The translations under genes and the position numbers were made by a program. This document shows positions 44,385 through 58,949 of a stretch of DNA of 64,000 nt, in pieces. Source of the DNA: Eledone cirrhosa (lineage: Eukaryota). Within the stretch, counting starts at the first letter, position 1, and the number at the start of each line of letters is the position of its first letter. Where the stretch lies: positions 22,816,001 to 22,880,000 of the forward strand of contig OZ024748.1 in the NCBI GenBank assembly GCA_964016885.1, given 5' to 3'. Under the pieces are notes generated by a model. That model had not been told where the DNA came from, did no database searches, and worked only from the letters and a program-made list of their open reading frames with translations.

Positions 44385-44641
44385 GTCACAAACGTATACA
44401 TACTGATATACATACATATATATATACACACACATATATATATATATATACATATAGTCACAAACGTATACATACTGATATACATACATATATATATACA
44501 CATATATATATATATATATATACATATAGTCACAAACGTATACATACTGATATACATACATATATATATACACATATATATATATATATATATACATATA
44601 GTCACAAACGTATACATACTGATATACATACATATATATAT

Positions 44642-44686
<45 letters not shown>

Positions 44687-44708
44687 GTCACAAACGTATA
44701 CATACTCA
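42740..44708. repeat. Compound minisatellite: about 35-bp core plus variable (TA)n
   Basis: CATATAGTCACAAACGTATACATACTGATATACATA repeated about 28 times. Confidence 0.93.
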
Positions 44709-44989
44709 TACAAAGCCTTTCAGAGCACACACCGACGATACGTGAATACTATTAACACATGTACTTAACATATTACACACACACACACACACACAGACAT
44801 AAACACACAGATACAGACACACATAAACACACACACATAAACACACACACACACACAAACATACACAAAGAAACACATACACACAGATACAGACATTCAT
44901 AAACACACACATACACATAAACACACATAAACACACACACACACAAACACACAGATACAGACACACATAAACACCCCCCCCCCCACACA

Positions 44990-45165
44990 CACAGGCAATG
45001 AGTTACGCGTAGACACACACACACACATACAGACAGGCAATGAGTTACGCGTACACACACACACATACACACAGGCAATGAGTTACGCGTACACACACAC
45101 ACATACATACACTGGCAATGAGTTACGCGTACACACACACACACAGGCAATGAATTACGTGTATA
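44990..45165. repeat. Short minisatellite
   Basis: ACAGGCAATGAGTTACGCGTA(CA)n, five units. Confidence 0.85.
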
Positions 45166-46495
45166 GACACACACACACACAGGTACTACATACACACACA
45201 CAATACTACCAACATATACATATATATATACACACACACATGCAATGAATTATGCGTATAGCCATACACACACAGAGGTACCACACACACACACACAATA
45301 CTAGCAACATATACACATATATATACACACAGTCAATGACTTACGCGTACACATACACACACATACACACACACACACATTCACTCACACACACGACTCT
45401 ACCAACATATACACATATACACACACATACACACACACAACTCTACCAACATATATATATACACACACATGCAATGAATTACATGTATAAACATACACAC
45501 TCATAGGCACCACACACACACACACACGACTCTACCAACATATACACATACACACACACACAAACAATATTACCAACATATACATATATATATATATACA
45601 CACACATGCAATGAATTACAGGTATAGATATACACACTCATAGGCACCACACACACACACACACGCACACGCACACATACACACACGCACACACATACAC
45701 ACCCTGACACGTAAACGTCTACAGCATACACCTGCCATGTTGTTGAAAGGAAACACACACATACACATACATACATACAGTCGCACGCACAAGCACACCC
45801 ACACTCTATATCTCTCACATATACACACACACACTCGCACACACCCACACACGCAACGTACAGCACTACAGACACACAAAACAACGCACCTACACATATA
45901 CAAACATACACAAACATACACATACATACATACAGTCGCACGCACAAGCACACCCACACTCTATATCTCTCACATATACACACACACACTCTCACACACC
46001 CACACACGCAACGTACATCACTACAGACACACAAAACAACGCACCTTCACATACACAAACATACACAAACATACACATACATACACACACATACAAATAC
46101 TTAGTGTCTGTGTGTCTGACTGTAAAGTGACAAACGCACTCTCTCTCCCTCTCTCTCTCTCACACACATACACACATAATAGTGTATGTCCCTAACACAT
46201 ACACCTTGTATGTATGTATATGTGTGTATGCGTACGCATGTGTGTGTGTAAGTGTGTATTTATGTCTGTGTGTCTGACTGAGATCTGAGATACAGCAATT
46301 TATTCACTCACGAATATATACACATACACACGCACGCACACACACACACACACACATGCAAATACACACACATACACACACATGCACACACGTACACACA
46401 CACACACATGCACACACACACATACATACACACATACACACATACACAGCCACACACACACACATACATAGGCACACACACATACACATACACAC

Positions 46496-46534
<39 letters not shown>

Positions 46535-47202
46535 CACAGTTACACACGAATACAAACACATACAACTACTCGTGGTGTGTGTGTCAGTGAGAGTGTATGT
46601 TTGTGAGTGTGCGTGTGTATGTATATGTGTATGTACGTATGTGTGTATGTGTGTATGTATGTGTATATGTATATATGTATGTATGTATGTATGTATGTGT
46701 GTATGTATGTATGTATGTGTGTATGTATGTGTATATGTATATATGTATCTATGTGTGAATGAATTATGTATGTATGTATGTGTGAATGTGTGTATATGTA
46801 TGTATGTATTATGTATGTATGTATGTGTGAATGTGTGTATACAGAGATGTGTATATATATATCCCCTCTCCTTCCCCTCCCCTTCCCCCCCTCCGCCCCC
46901 CTCTTCTGTCAGTCGATATAGCAGCAAGCTGTAGACTGCAGACTAGACAGTAGAATCTTACAGCAGACTACATGCATTTTAGCTGCATGTTGCAGACTTA
47001 ATGTATTGCATGGCACACTGTCATGTAGTTTGCTGTGTAACAATCCATACAGCCTGTTGCAGCCATCCCTCTGTCTCCTATGGTGTCTGCCAATGTCTGC
47101 CACTACACTGTATATCTATCTCTCTATCTATCTCTCTCTCTATATATTTATCTATCTCTCTCTCTATATATCTATCTATCTATCTCTCTATCTATCTCTC
47201 TA

Positions 47203-47920
47203 AGGTGGGTGAAAGTGGCGAGAATGGCCCGAGTGAATGGGCCTTCTCTCTATATCAGCCTGTAGGTTGAGGAAAAGGAGGAGGAGAGGAAAGGAGTACA
47301 AACTCTTCGTACTCCTGGAGATGAGGGTTGCACATTTTTTCAGGGGTATGTGTTACCCATATGAACTGTCTCCCCCTATTGGGGAAAATCGACTAATTTT
47401 TTAAATTGCATTTGTGATAACATTTTACACGTTTTTATTGTATGTAAACTTCCCCCTTTGTATTTGTCCCCTTCTTTTGCGCCCCTGTGGCTAATAAAGA
47501 AACATATCTATCTCTCTATCTCTCTCTCTCTTACTCTCTCTCTCTCTCTATCTATCTATCTAATAAGAATCAGGATGGAGAGAGAGGTGCTGTACTCCAG
47601 CAAGTTTTTATAAAAGGTGGGTGAATGTGGCAAAGATGGCCCGAGTGATTGGGCCTTCTCTCTATATAAGCCTGTAGGTTGAGGAAAAAGAGGAAGAGGG
47701 GAGTGGAGTACTCACTCTTGGTGCTCCTGGAGATGAGGGTTGTACATTTTTTCGGGGTGTATACAACCCCTGTGTAACGCCTCCTCCCTATTGGGGATTT
47801 CAATTGTTATTTGTTATTTTATTAATAGTTTTATTTTCATATACCTGTATGTAAACTCCCCATTTGTATTTGTCCCCTTCTTTTGTGCCCTTGTTGCTAA
47901 TAAAGAAATTTATCTATCTA
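47203..47920 (+). mobile_element. Two tandem Tx1-like LINE 3' ends (47203-47510 and 47566-47920)
   Basis: GPSLYISL* plus 3' UTR; each bounded by TCTA-rich sequence. Confidence 0.9.
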
Positions 47921-47987
47921 TATTTGGGGTGGGTCATGTTATAATATTGCCATATATATATTTATAGTAATAATAGTAATAATAATA

Positions 47988-48160
47988 AATGTGAAGACTA
48001 AAATCCCAAGAGGGCTCGATAAGGATAAATATATATATACAATATATAAAAAACCGTAGAGCAAATATTTATTAAAATAACAGATTCTTTTAGTTTCAGA
48101 AGATACCGTTAAGGGTTATAGCAGCGATTCTTTGCTTAAACTTTAACTTGCTATTTTAAT
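47988..48160. mobile_element. Degenerate cassette of the 7231 family
   Basis: Tail homologous to 7150-7247, then plus-strand AGTTT CAGAAGA..GGGT TATA GCAGCGATTCTTTGC TT AAACT. Confidence 0.65.
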
Positions 48161-48315
48161 ATATATATATATATAAACACATCTCCATTAACTTGTTGAG
48201 TGCTTTATATCAGTTATAACATTTTTAAAGCTAGTTGAATCCCAACAAATGAAATATAACCTCTGCATATATATATATGTATGTATGTGTGAATGTGTGT
48301 GTGTATGTGTGTGTA

Positions 48316-48485
48316 TTAAAAAAAGGAAAAGAATGACTTCACTTGTAGTTCTAAACAATTTAATTTAATTTTATAATATTATGATTTTACAATTTGGTTT
48401 TGGAGACCAAATTGCAAAATCATAATATTATAAAATTAAATTAAATTGTTTAGAACTACAAGTGAGGTCATTCTTTGCCTTATTT

Positions 48486-48488
<3 letters not shown>
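48316..48488. repeat. About 85-bp-arm AT-rich hairpin between microsatellites
   Basis: Inverted arms centred at about 48401. Confidence 0.8.
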
Positions 48489-48578
<90 letters not shown>

Positions 48579-48610
48579 AGATGTTGAATGATTACAGCTG
48601 AATATATATA

Positions 48611-48649
<39 letters not shown>

Positions 48650-48681
48650 AGAACAAAAGATGGTTAAAAGAGTTCCATGTA

Positions 48682-48748
48682 TTTTATTATGCGCATTTCA
48701 AAAACAAATATCATCATGCAATAATATTTGTGTTTTCATCAGATAAAA
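48682..48748 (-). ncRNA. Minimal type I hammerhead ribozyme (solo)
   Basis: Minus strand reads TTTTAT CTGATGA AAACACAAATATT..GATATTTGTTTTT GAAA TGCGCA TA ATAAAA. Confidence 0.8.
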
Positions 48749-48798
48749 CAGGAGGACATGATATGAAGGTTAAAAAACACTTGTGGATAGTTCAGTTT

Positions 48799-48872
<74 letters not shown>

Positions 48873-48891
48873 TATACACATATATATATAT

Positions 48892-49290
48892 ATAAAAGAA
48901 AACTAGAAATGAACAAACAAGAGGATGTAATAACATAAAGTCGTATTAGTTTCACGCTTAACAGAAATAGAGTGGGTTAGACAGTCTACGTATCGGGTAT
49001 TTGCACTTCATCAGAAATAAAACACAAAAGGCAAAAGGCAAAGAAAAAAAGAAATTCATAAAATTAAAAAGAGAATATAGAGAGGGAGTAAGAGGCGTAG
49101 TAGTGATGTATGGGGGAGTGGTCCGGTGTGTGGATGTGAGGGTCGAGATTAGGGGTGGGGACGTGTAGTTGGTGGTTGTGTCTAGGTGGGGGTGTATATT
49201 ATGATGCGTATGTCGGTGTTAAGTGTGTTGTTGGTGAAAGTGGTGTGTATGTGTGTAGACATGCGTCCTCGCGCACGCGCGCACGCATGA

Positions 49291-49321
<31 letters not shown>

Positions 49322-50314
49322 TATGTATATATATGGTGGCTGCCAACTCGTTTTCGAGTACGACCACTACTTTATATCCATGTAGGAGAACCCCTACCGA
49401 TGCGCTGAACGAGTGTGACCTTTTAGTCCAGCCAGCGACTTGAAAACTCTGGTACAAACACTACACCTGTGACAATTATTGACACATAGTGCTGGGACCA
49501 TGGTACCATGTGACGACAAGTGCAGAGAGATCTCCAGATATAAAGCAATGCCTGTGCCGTGAAGCTTTTATAGTGAACAAAGGCACTGCACAAAGCCAGT
49601 CCCACTCTCTTAACCAAGATGATATTTACCAGAGAGAAGAACAAGTCAACATCATTGGATACCATCAGAGTTGCAGCTGTTATGTCAGAGTTTTCCTTCT
49701 CCTAGAATTCTGCCTTGACAAAGGCTAAGGGGTCATCTCTCCCGGTGATTTTGGATGGCCATTGACTCTTAAGAGCTCCTTTGCTCTTTGACAGGTTTTG
49801 TTTTTAGTCCTGCAGGATGTCCAAAGTCACCCTCCTCACCAAGAAACCTTGGTGGGGTTGCCAGTTTAGTCGCCAACGACCCGACCATGTATATATATAC
49901 TCGTATATATACACATGTATATATATATATATATACACTCGTATCCCTGAGTACGCACTTGTGCATGTGTGTGCGAGTCTGTATGTTTGTATGTGTGTTT
50001 GGCAGGGATGTGTGGTTAATGGTGTGTATTGTGAGGTTGCATGTATTGGTGATGCGCGCGTTTGTGTGTGCGCGCGTGTGTGTGCATGTGTGTGCGCGCG
50101 TGTGTGTGCATGTGTGTGTGCATGTGCGTGCGTGTGTGCGTGTGTGCATGTGTGTGTGTGCATGTGCGTGCGTGTGTGCGCGTGTGTGTGCATGTTTGTG
50201 CATGTGTGTGCATGTGTGTGTGTGCGTGTGTGTATGTGTGTGTATGTGTGTGTGTGCATGTGCGTGTGTGTGCATGTGCGTGTGCGTGTGTATGCATGCG
50301 TGTGTGTGTGTGTG

Positions 50315-50353
<39 letters not shown>

Positions 50354-51002
50354 GTGTACGGATGGGGTAGGTGGGCTTTCGTATTCAGGTTTCGTATTCA
50401 GACGGAAGTGTATTGTGGTCGTGAGGAGAGCGGAAGAGAAAGAAATTGTGGGTGAGTATATATGTGTAGGGGGAGGGTAGTGGCAGAGTTCTAAGGGAGG
50501 ACTAGGGGGTGGCACTGTGTGTTATAATCAACGGTCAAATAAAGTGTATGGGACGGAGGTTGAAGGAGTGTATGGTGGATGAGGGAGCTGATAAAGTGGT
50601 GGGTGTGGGAAAGAGAAACGGTGTGATAGAGTGAGCGCTGTCAGGGTGAATGGTACGGATGGTGTGGCGGTGGTGGTGGTGTTGACAGTGATGAAGTGGG
50701 TGGCGGATGTGTTTCTGTCGGAGTGTGTGTATATGCTATTTGTGGTGGATTAGAGAGAAGAAAATTAGGTGCTGTTCCCGCCTGAGGCGTGAGTCCAGTG
50801 ATCTGGAACAGACAACAAGGCCGGAAATTGTGAGGTGGGCCATGGAGTGTTTGGCGGAGCAGAAATGTCGGGTGATGGGAGGCAGTTTGCCCAGTCGGAT
50901 GTCACGGGGGTGCTCGGCAAATCTGTCCGCTAAGCGAAGGGTCGGTTTGGTCAATATAAACGGCCTCACATAGCGTGCACCGGATCCCGTAAACGAAATT
51001 CG
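48892..51002 (-). mobile_element. 3' remnant of a Penelope-like element (GIY-YIG end, pyrimidine-rich 3' region, degenerate hammerhead), interrupted
   Basis: 51002-50740 translates with a frameshift to NFVYGIRCTLCEAVYIDQT..RLADRFAEH..PITRHF..H..LTISGL..RLRREQHLIF; CTGATGA AGTG..CCC GATA CG TA at about 49017-48984. Confidence 0.75.
49333..49889 (-). mobile_element. Copy of the 580-bp dispersed repeat
   Basis: Reverse complement of 24467-25024. Confidence 0.85.
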
Positions 51003-51088
51003 TGTTGGTATACATATGATCGACAGTGAAACATATGTAATATGTAATTAAATATGTAGATGATGCAACACTGATTCTTTGGTCCCTT

Positions 51089-51270
51089 TGGCAGTATCTG
51101 TAGAGGGTTGGACGCCATGCTTTCCAGCATAGTTACGTCCCTTTACGATCTGAGTTCAAATCCCGCCGAGGTTGACTTTGCCTTTCTTCCTTACGGGGTC
51201 GATAAAATAAAGTACCAGTAATGTACCGGGTAATTGCTGCCTTGTGCCTAAAGTAGAAACAATTATTAAT
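51089..51270 (+). mobile_element. SINE family A
   Basis: TGGCAGTATCTG A-box-like, GAGTTCAAATCCC B box, core, ATT tail. Confidence 0.87.
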
Positions 51271-51273
51271 ATT

Positions 51274-51310
<37 letters not shown>

Positions 51311-51341
51311 TAAATTAGCGAGAATCGTATTTCGGCTTTGG

Positions 51342-51378
<37 letters not shown>

Positions 51379-51501
51379 GGAGGTGAGTTTTATTGTAGTA
51401 CAATAAAGCAATGTAGATATCGGATAAGAAGCACCCTACAGTTTGTAGGACTGGAGTATACATAATATATAAGATCAAAAGATGGTTGAAAGAGTTCCAT
51501 G

Positions 51502-51572
51502 TATTTTATTATGCGCATTTCAAAAACAAATATCATCATGCAATAACATTTGTGTTTTCATCAGATAAAATA
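51502..51572 (-). ncRNA. Minimal type I hammerhead ribozyme
   Basis: Minus strand reads TATTTTAT CTGATGA AAACACAAATGTT..GATATTTGTTTTT GAAA TGCGCA TA ATAAAATA. Confidence 0.82.
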
Positions 51573-51679
51573 GGAAGACATGATATGAAGGTTAAAATAC
51601 ACTTGTGAATAGTGCAGTTTTAAATCAACATAAACTGCACTATTCACAAGTGTATTTTAACCTTCATATCATGTCTTCC

Positions 51680-51750
51680 TATTTTATCTGATGAAAACAC
51701 AAATGTTATTGCATGATGATATTTGTTTTCGAAATGCGCATAATAAAATA
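51680..51750 (+). ncRNA. Minimal type I hammerhead ribozyme
   Basis: TATTTTAT CTGATGA AAAC..GTTTTC GAAA TGCGCA TA ATAAAATA. Confidence 0.8.
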
Positions 51751-51778
51751 CATGGAACTCTTTTAACCATCTTTTGAT

Positions 51779-51817
<39 letters not shown>

Positions 51818-51850
51818 TTAATAAAATAATATATATAATATAATATATAT

Positions 51851-52253
51851 TATATATTAATAAAAGATGGAAGGCCACAGCCAGCCGATTCAGCTTTATT
51901 TAAAACTCCATTATACATATTCCACTGAGGACCATCAATTATGATAGCCTGAGCTCTTCAACCGGCAAAACCCAAAATATACATAGAAGGTTCCCAAGAA
52001 ACCCTCAGATACAAGGGCCAGCAGTCGAAGAAACAACACCACGCGATCGGCTGCCCACCTGTATCATGAAAAGAAAATCTTAGATTTTCCCAGATTTGAA
52101 GGTTTCTTAGGAACCTTCTATGTTTAGTTTGGGTTTTATCGTCTGAAGAGCTCGGGCTATCATAATTGATAGTCCTCAGTGAAATATGTATAACGGAGTT
52201 TTAAATAAACCTGTATTGGCTGGGTGTGGGCTCCGATGTTTTATTAATATATA
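51851..52253. mobile_element. Old diverged fold-back cassette with a hammerhead at 52139-52196 (+)
   Basis: About 160-bp imperfect arms; TCGT CTGAAGA GCTCGGGCTATCA..TGATAGTCCTCAGT GAAA TATGTA TA ACGG. Confidence 0.72.
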
Positions 52254-52367
52254 CTGCTCCATCTTGTACCATTTATACAGGTCATCGAGCGTTCCTTATT
52301 ATCTGCTTCATAACTGACAGACCATGGTGTGATCCGCACATCCTTGTTCTGTTAACCCTTACCCCCC

Positions 52368-52496
<129 letters not shown>

Positions 52497-52499
52497 AAT

Positions 52500-52922
52500 G
52501 AAGTATTTCCGTAGGAAAGGTAAAGGAAAAGAGAGTGCTCTATGTAGGCTACAGAGCTTTTTAGTTATGTAATAAACAACATAAGACGATAATTATTTCA
52601 TTTACCAGTGGTTTCTTGAAGACAGATATTTATGTCTGTCTTCATTCATCAAAAAAATAATATATTATTAATAATTGTTTCTACTTTTGGCACAAGGCCA
52701 GCTATTACCCAGTACATTACTGGTACTTTATTTTATCGACTCGGTAAGGATGAAAGGCAAAGTTGACCTCGGCGGGATTTGAACTCAGAATGGAAAGGGC
52801 CGTAACTCTATGCGTCAAAGCATGACGTCCGACCCTCTACCGATACTGCCAATCCACCATAATATAATATAAATATGTGTTTTCAAGAAACCACTGGTAA
52901 ATGAAATAATTACCTTATGTTG
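52500..52922. mobile_element. Fold-back cassette related to 12645-12903, with a family A SINE (52670-52858, -) in its loop
   Basis: Minus strand reads TTGATGA ATGAAGACAGA..TCTGTCTTCAA GAAA CCACTGG TA AATGAAA; inverted 3' half at 52882-52912. Confidence 0.7.
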
Positions 52923-52942
52923 TATATATATATATATATATA

Positions 52943-53950
52943 TATTTACATACAACAGCAGCACGTATATATATATATATATTTACATACAACAGCTGCA
53001 CGTATATATATATATATATATTTACATACAACAGAAGCACGTATATATATATATATATTTACATACAACAGCTGCACGTATATATATATATATTTACATA
53101 CAACAGCAGCACGTATATATATATATATTTACATACAACAGCAGCACGTATATATATATATATATTTACATACAACAGCAGCACGTATATATATATATAT
53201 TTACATACAACAGCAGCACGTATATATATATATATATATATATTTACATACAACAGCTGCACGTATATATATATATATTTACATACAACAGCAGCACGTA
53301 TATATATATATATTTACATACAACAGCAGCACGTATATATATATATATATTTACATACAACAGCAGCACGTATATATATATATATTTACATACAACAGCA
53401 GCACGTATATATATATATATTTACATACAACAGCTGCACGTATATATATATATATATTTACATACAACAGCAGCACGTATATATATATATATATATTTAC
53501 ATACAACAGCAGCACGTATATATATATATATTTACATACAACAGCAGCACGTATATATATATATATATTTACATACAACAGAAGCACGTATATATATATT
53601 TATTTACATACAACAGCAGCACGTATATATATATATATTTACATACAACAGCTGCACGTATATATATATATATTTACATACAACAGAAGCACGTATATAT
53701 ATATATATTTACATACAACAGCTGCACGTATATATATATATATATTTACATACAACAGAAGCACGTATATATATATATATTTACATACAACAGCAGCACG
53801 TATATATATATATATATATTTACATACAACAGCAGCACGTATATATATATATATATATTTACATACAACAGCAGCACGTATATATATATATATTTACATA
53901 CAACAGCAGCACGTATATATATATATATATTTACATACAACAGCAGCACT
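52943..53950. repeat. Compound minisatellite: 21-bp core plus variable (TA)n, about 27 units
   Basis: TTTACATACAACAGCAGCACG(TA)n. Confidence 0.93.
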
Positions 53951-54014
53951 AATAAAACGATGCCAAGGGTTGTCGCCTTAAAGCTTCCATAAAAGTGTTG
54001 CTTAAGGCCATTGT

Positions 54015-54178
54015 GGTCGGAGAATTGACAGAGTAGTTAGGGGCGTCTGATTAAAAATGGCACGTTCCGGTTCACTGCAATTTGAGTTCAAATCCAGCCG
54101 AGGTCAACTTTGCTTTACATTTTTTCGGGGTCAATAAATAAAATACCAGTCAAGTAATGATCTCCCTTATTCCTCTTC

Positions 54179-54233
<55 letters not shown>

Positions 54234-55280
54234 AGGAAGAATCGGTTGTATTTCAACCAGGTCACCGCCAGATTCAAAATGTCCAAAACAGGTCGTGTCT
54301 CATGACGTCTCTACGACTCGTTCAGGTGTTGTCCCTAACCAAGTATAGGCATTTGACATTAAAATCTTGACTTCAGTACTTGACTGGTCTTCTATCACTG
54401 CAATCCACCAAAGTTCACCCAGGTGACAGATTTGATCTCAGAATGTAAAGAACCAAAACAAACACAGCAAGGTATTTTTTTCCATTCTGTCGATTCAATG
54501 TCCTCATAATAATTGTTTCTACTTTAGGCACAGGGCCATCAATTACCCAGTGCATTACTGGTACTTTATTTTATCGACGCCGTAAGGATGAAAGGCAAAG
54601 TTAACCTCGGCGGGATTTGAACTCAGACCGTAAAGGGACGTAACTATGCTGGAAAGCATGGCGTCCGACCCTCTACCTATACTGCCAATCCACCGCCTTT
54701 ATGTCCTCATAACAATGGTTTCTGATTTAGGTACAAAACCAACGATATATCTACCCCAGTACTAGACTGGTATTTTATTTTATCGATCCGGCGCCATTTG
54801 AACTCAGAACGTAAAGAGCTGGAACAAATGCTATATATTATTTTGTCCGACGCTCTATTGTCTCCGCCAAACAATAGTTTCTGATTTAGGCTAAACCTTT
54901 TTTAGGGAGAGGAAAGTCGATTAAATTAACCCCAGTGCATTGTTAGTTCTTTATTTTATCGGCCCCGTAAGGATGAATCGCAAAACTAACCTCAGCGGGA
55001 TTTGAACTCAGAACGTAAAGTGTCGTAACTCTATGCCACGAAGCATGGTGTCCGATGCTCTACCGATACTGCCAATCCATCGTCTGCCAAGTAATAATTG
55101 TTTCTACTTTTTGCACAAGGCCAGCAATTACCCCAGTGTATTACTGGTACATTATTTTATCGACCTCGTTCGTAAGGATGAAAGGCAAAGTTAACCACGG
55201 CGGGATTTGAACTGAGACCATAAAGGGCTGTAACTCTATGCTGCAAAGCATAGCGTCTGATGTTCTACCGAATCTACCAA
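54015..55280. mobile_element. Cluster of about six family A-related SINEs of different ages
   Basis: Plus copy at 54015-54155; minus copies at about 54365-54500, 54508-54698, 54712-54870, 54872-55082 and 55093-55280. Confidence 0.82.
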
Positions 55281-55744
55281 TTCAATAATAATGATAATGA
55301 TGATGGCGATGATGATGATTATGATGATGATTATGATGATGATTATGATGATGATTATGATGATGATGATGATGATGATGACGATAACAATATGACTGAC
55401 AATGATGTTAATCGGTTCTGCATTGGCCAGAGGGGCGATGACTGGGAGGTATTAGAAATACTAAACGCTAGCTGCTTCTGATGATGACGAATATAAGGGG
55501 ATTGTTACCATAGTGATGAGGATATCAACCAGTAGGTGGAGGCTGTATGACAGAGATAAAAGCTATATTATCATCACACCTTTCTCATGCATTTTACGCG
55601 CGCGCGCAGACACAAGACTCTCTCCCCCTCTCTCTCTCTCTTTCTCTCTCTCCACCCCCTCTCTCTCTCTCTATTTCTCTCTCTCCCTCTACCGTTCTCT
55701 ACTTTTTTTCTTTCACCTTCCGTCCTCACTCTTCTTCTCTCATC

Positions 55745-56505
<761 letters not shown>

Positions 56506-56513
56506 GAAAACAC

Positions 56514-56670
56514 GGTGAAGTGGCAGAAATGTTAGAACGACGGACAGCATGCTTTACCATATTTGTTCCAACTCTGTGTGTCCTGAGTTCAAATCCAGCT
56601 GAGTTCAACTTTGCCTTTCATCCTTTCAAGGTCGATAAAAGAAGTACCAGGCTAGTACTGAGGCCAATGC
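56514..56670 (+). mobile_element. Diverged SINE, family A-related
   Basis: TGGCAGAAATG, GAGTTCAAATCC and the core. Confidence 0.78.
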
Positions 56671-56714
56671 TATCTCTATATCTTTTTTCCATTCTGCATC
56701 TCTCTCTCATTCTG

Positions 56715-56778
<64 letters not shown>

Positions 56779-56904
56779 AGATCGGAGGCCATATTCAGTT
56801 GATTCAGGTTTATTTAATAATCTATTATATATATTTCACTTAGAATGCTGTTTGAAATATGAATACATTTTTTAGGGACACCCTGTATATATATGTGTAT
56901 GTAT

Positions 56905-56946
<42 letters not shown>

Positions 56947-56947
56947 T

Positions 56948-57138
56948 AATAATTGTTTCTACTTTTGGCACAAGGCCAGCAATTACCCAGTACATTACTG
57001 GTACTTTATTTTATCGACCCCGTAATGATGAAAGGCAAAGTTAACCTCGGCGGGATTTGAACTCAGACCATAAAGGGACGTAACTATGCTAGAAAGCATG
57101 GCGTCCAACCCTCTACCGATACTGCCAATCCACCGCCC
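56948..57138 (-). mobile_element. Full-length SINE family A
   Basis: Minus strand: GGCGGTGGATTGGCAGTATCGG head, B box, core and ATT tail. Confidence 0.88.
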
Positions 57139-57495
57139 TCTATATAGTATAATAATGATAAATACAAAGATCAAAATCCAGAGAGGACTCAATAAAGGTT
57201 ATATATATAGTGTACAGGCATTGCTTGTTCAAGATGTTACAGGTTCGTGTGGCTGGCCGTAGCCTAAAAGTGCACCAAACTCTATAATCTCACAAACGAT
57301 TGCAATACTCTTAGCAAAGTTTGCAGTCATCATATAAAACTGTAGAGCAAATACTTTAACCTGTGATAATAATATATAAATATATAATGAGAGCTGAGGT
57401 TGATGCATTATATATTTATTTTTTAGTATAGTCTTGGGGACGTTTCTATTTGGGTAATATGACAATTAGAAACGAATTTTGCACATATACTAACG

Positions 57496-57690
57496 CAGAC
57501 CTGTCAACTCCCCTCGTCCGATGGGGAAGATATCCTACCCTTATTGGGTGAGTAAGAGATGTCTTCTCTTGTGAAAATGGGTATAGCTTCCATTATGTAA
57601 AATCTCCCCATTTTGCTTCATTTCTCCCCGTTTCGGGGCACTTGTTTTCATGGTACTCCCCGTTTGGGTTTTTAGAGGTTGGCAGGTCTG
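57496..57690. mobile_element. 195-bp MITE with 6-bp TSD
   Basis: TIRs CAGACCTGTCAAC / GTTGGCAGGTCTG; CTAACG at 57490-57495 and 57691-57696. Confidence 0.8.
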
Positions 57691-57924
57691 CTAACGTGAA
57701 GTATAAAACTTCCCGTTAGTATTTCTGCGTTTCTATTTACCGAGTTGCATAAAGTTAATTTCATTAAAGACAACTATAAAATGCGTTTAATTCGATAATT
57801 AGGTTAATTACTATTAATTTCTTTTTTCAAATTCCAGTCATTTCAACAACTTCGTTTCTAACAAACAAATAAAATTATTCAAATAGAATACTAAGAAGAT
57901 TTTCACCGACACTATTCCTGGATA

Positions 57925-58020
<96 letters not shown>
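57925..58020. repeat. (TAC)n microsatellite
   Basis: Direct observation. Confidence 0.95.
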
Positions 58021-58949
58021 AAACCACCAAAATACACCTTGAGAACATTTAGTGATGACAAAATACATAATCAGCAAAGAGTAACTATGAAAATTCAATG
58101 TTTTGTTTGTTAAATTTACTTAAACTGGGAACTAGTGAGATACGTTTTATTTATAAATGTTAGGAAAGCTACTTTGGTAGTGAACCAGATGAAGGAGTGT
58201 TTAAGAAACATTCTCGCAATGAATAAAGAGAAGGCTGTGCAGCTAATTATATACTGTTGTGTCCTTCAACAAGACACTTTATTTTAACTTGCCCCAGTTC
58301 ACTCTATTGGCAAAAATGTGTTGTCCCTGTAATTCAAATGGCCAGCTTTGTCACACCACGTATCACGCCGAATCTCCCCGAGAACTACGTTAAGGGCATA
58401 TGTGTCAGTGGAATGTCAGTGGAGTTTTTAATCTAGTATCAGATGTGAATATCGGTTTGATTAAACAAGATTCTTTGACAGGTCGATTAATTTGAGCGGG
58501 AGACAATATATTAGAATTTCTAGAATTTCTTGAAGCCGTAAACATAACATGGTATGATTAAGTATCTAAATATAGGTTTCTTACGAACTATATTTAAACG
58601 AATGTGTGGGCGTTTTCATTTTCAGTGTCAAAACAATGATGAAATGACTTCCTAAATATATTTCGGTCGGAATATCAAAAGACAAAATCAAAATAAAGAC
58701 ATACGAAATAAACATTCGTAATGTTAATAACAATCTCAGAAATATTAGCTCAATACATGAGTTGTGAAGTGATTTGAAATCTCAGCAAGGGAAACACAAA
58801 GGTATCGATAAAAGAGAGAAAGGTTTGATTCCTTCTGAGCTTTCATTTTTAACTTTGTATATCTGAACAAAACATTCGGTTTCAAAATGTAAACATATAC
58901 TTAGTGTTCAAAATCTAATTTACACACCACAAAGTTAAAGAAAGCAAGA

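Larger units (their letters stand above)
51376..51783. mobile_element. Fold-back cassette (about 150-bp arms, 51468-51783) with two minimal hammerheads
   Basis: Near-perfect inverted arms; hammerheads at 51502-51572 (-) and 51680-51750 (+). Confidence 0.82.

Noticed and set aside
48316-48488. Hairpin as a hammerhead cassette or miRNA precursor
   Set aside because: No intact core in either arm (GAGA/AAAA in place of GAAA); kept only as an inverted repeat.
52943-53950. Constant repeat with variable spacer resembling CRISPR
   Set aside because: The spacers are only (TA)n of varying length, and there are no cas genes.
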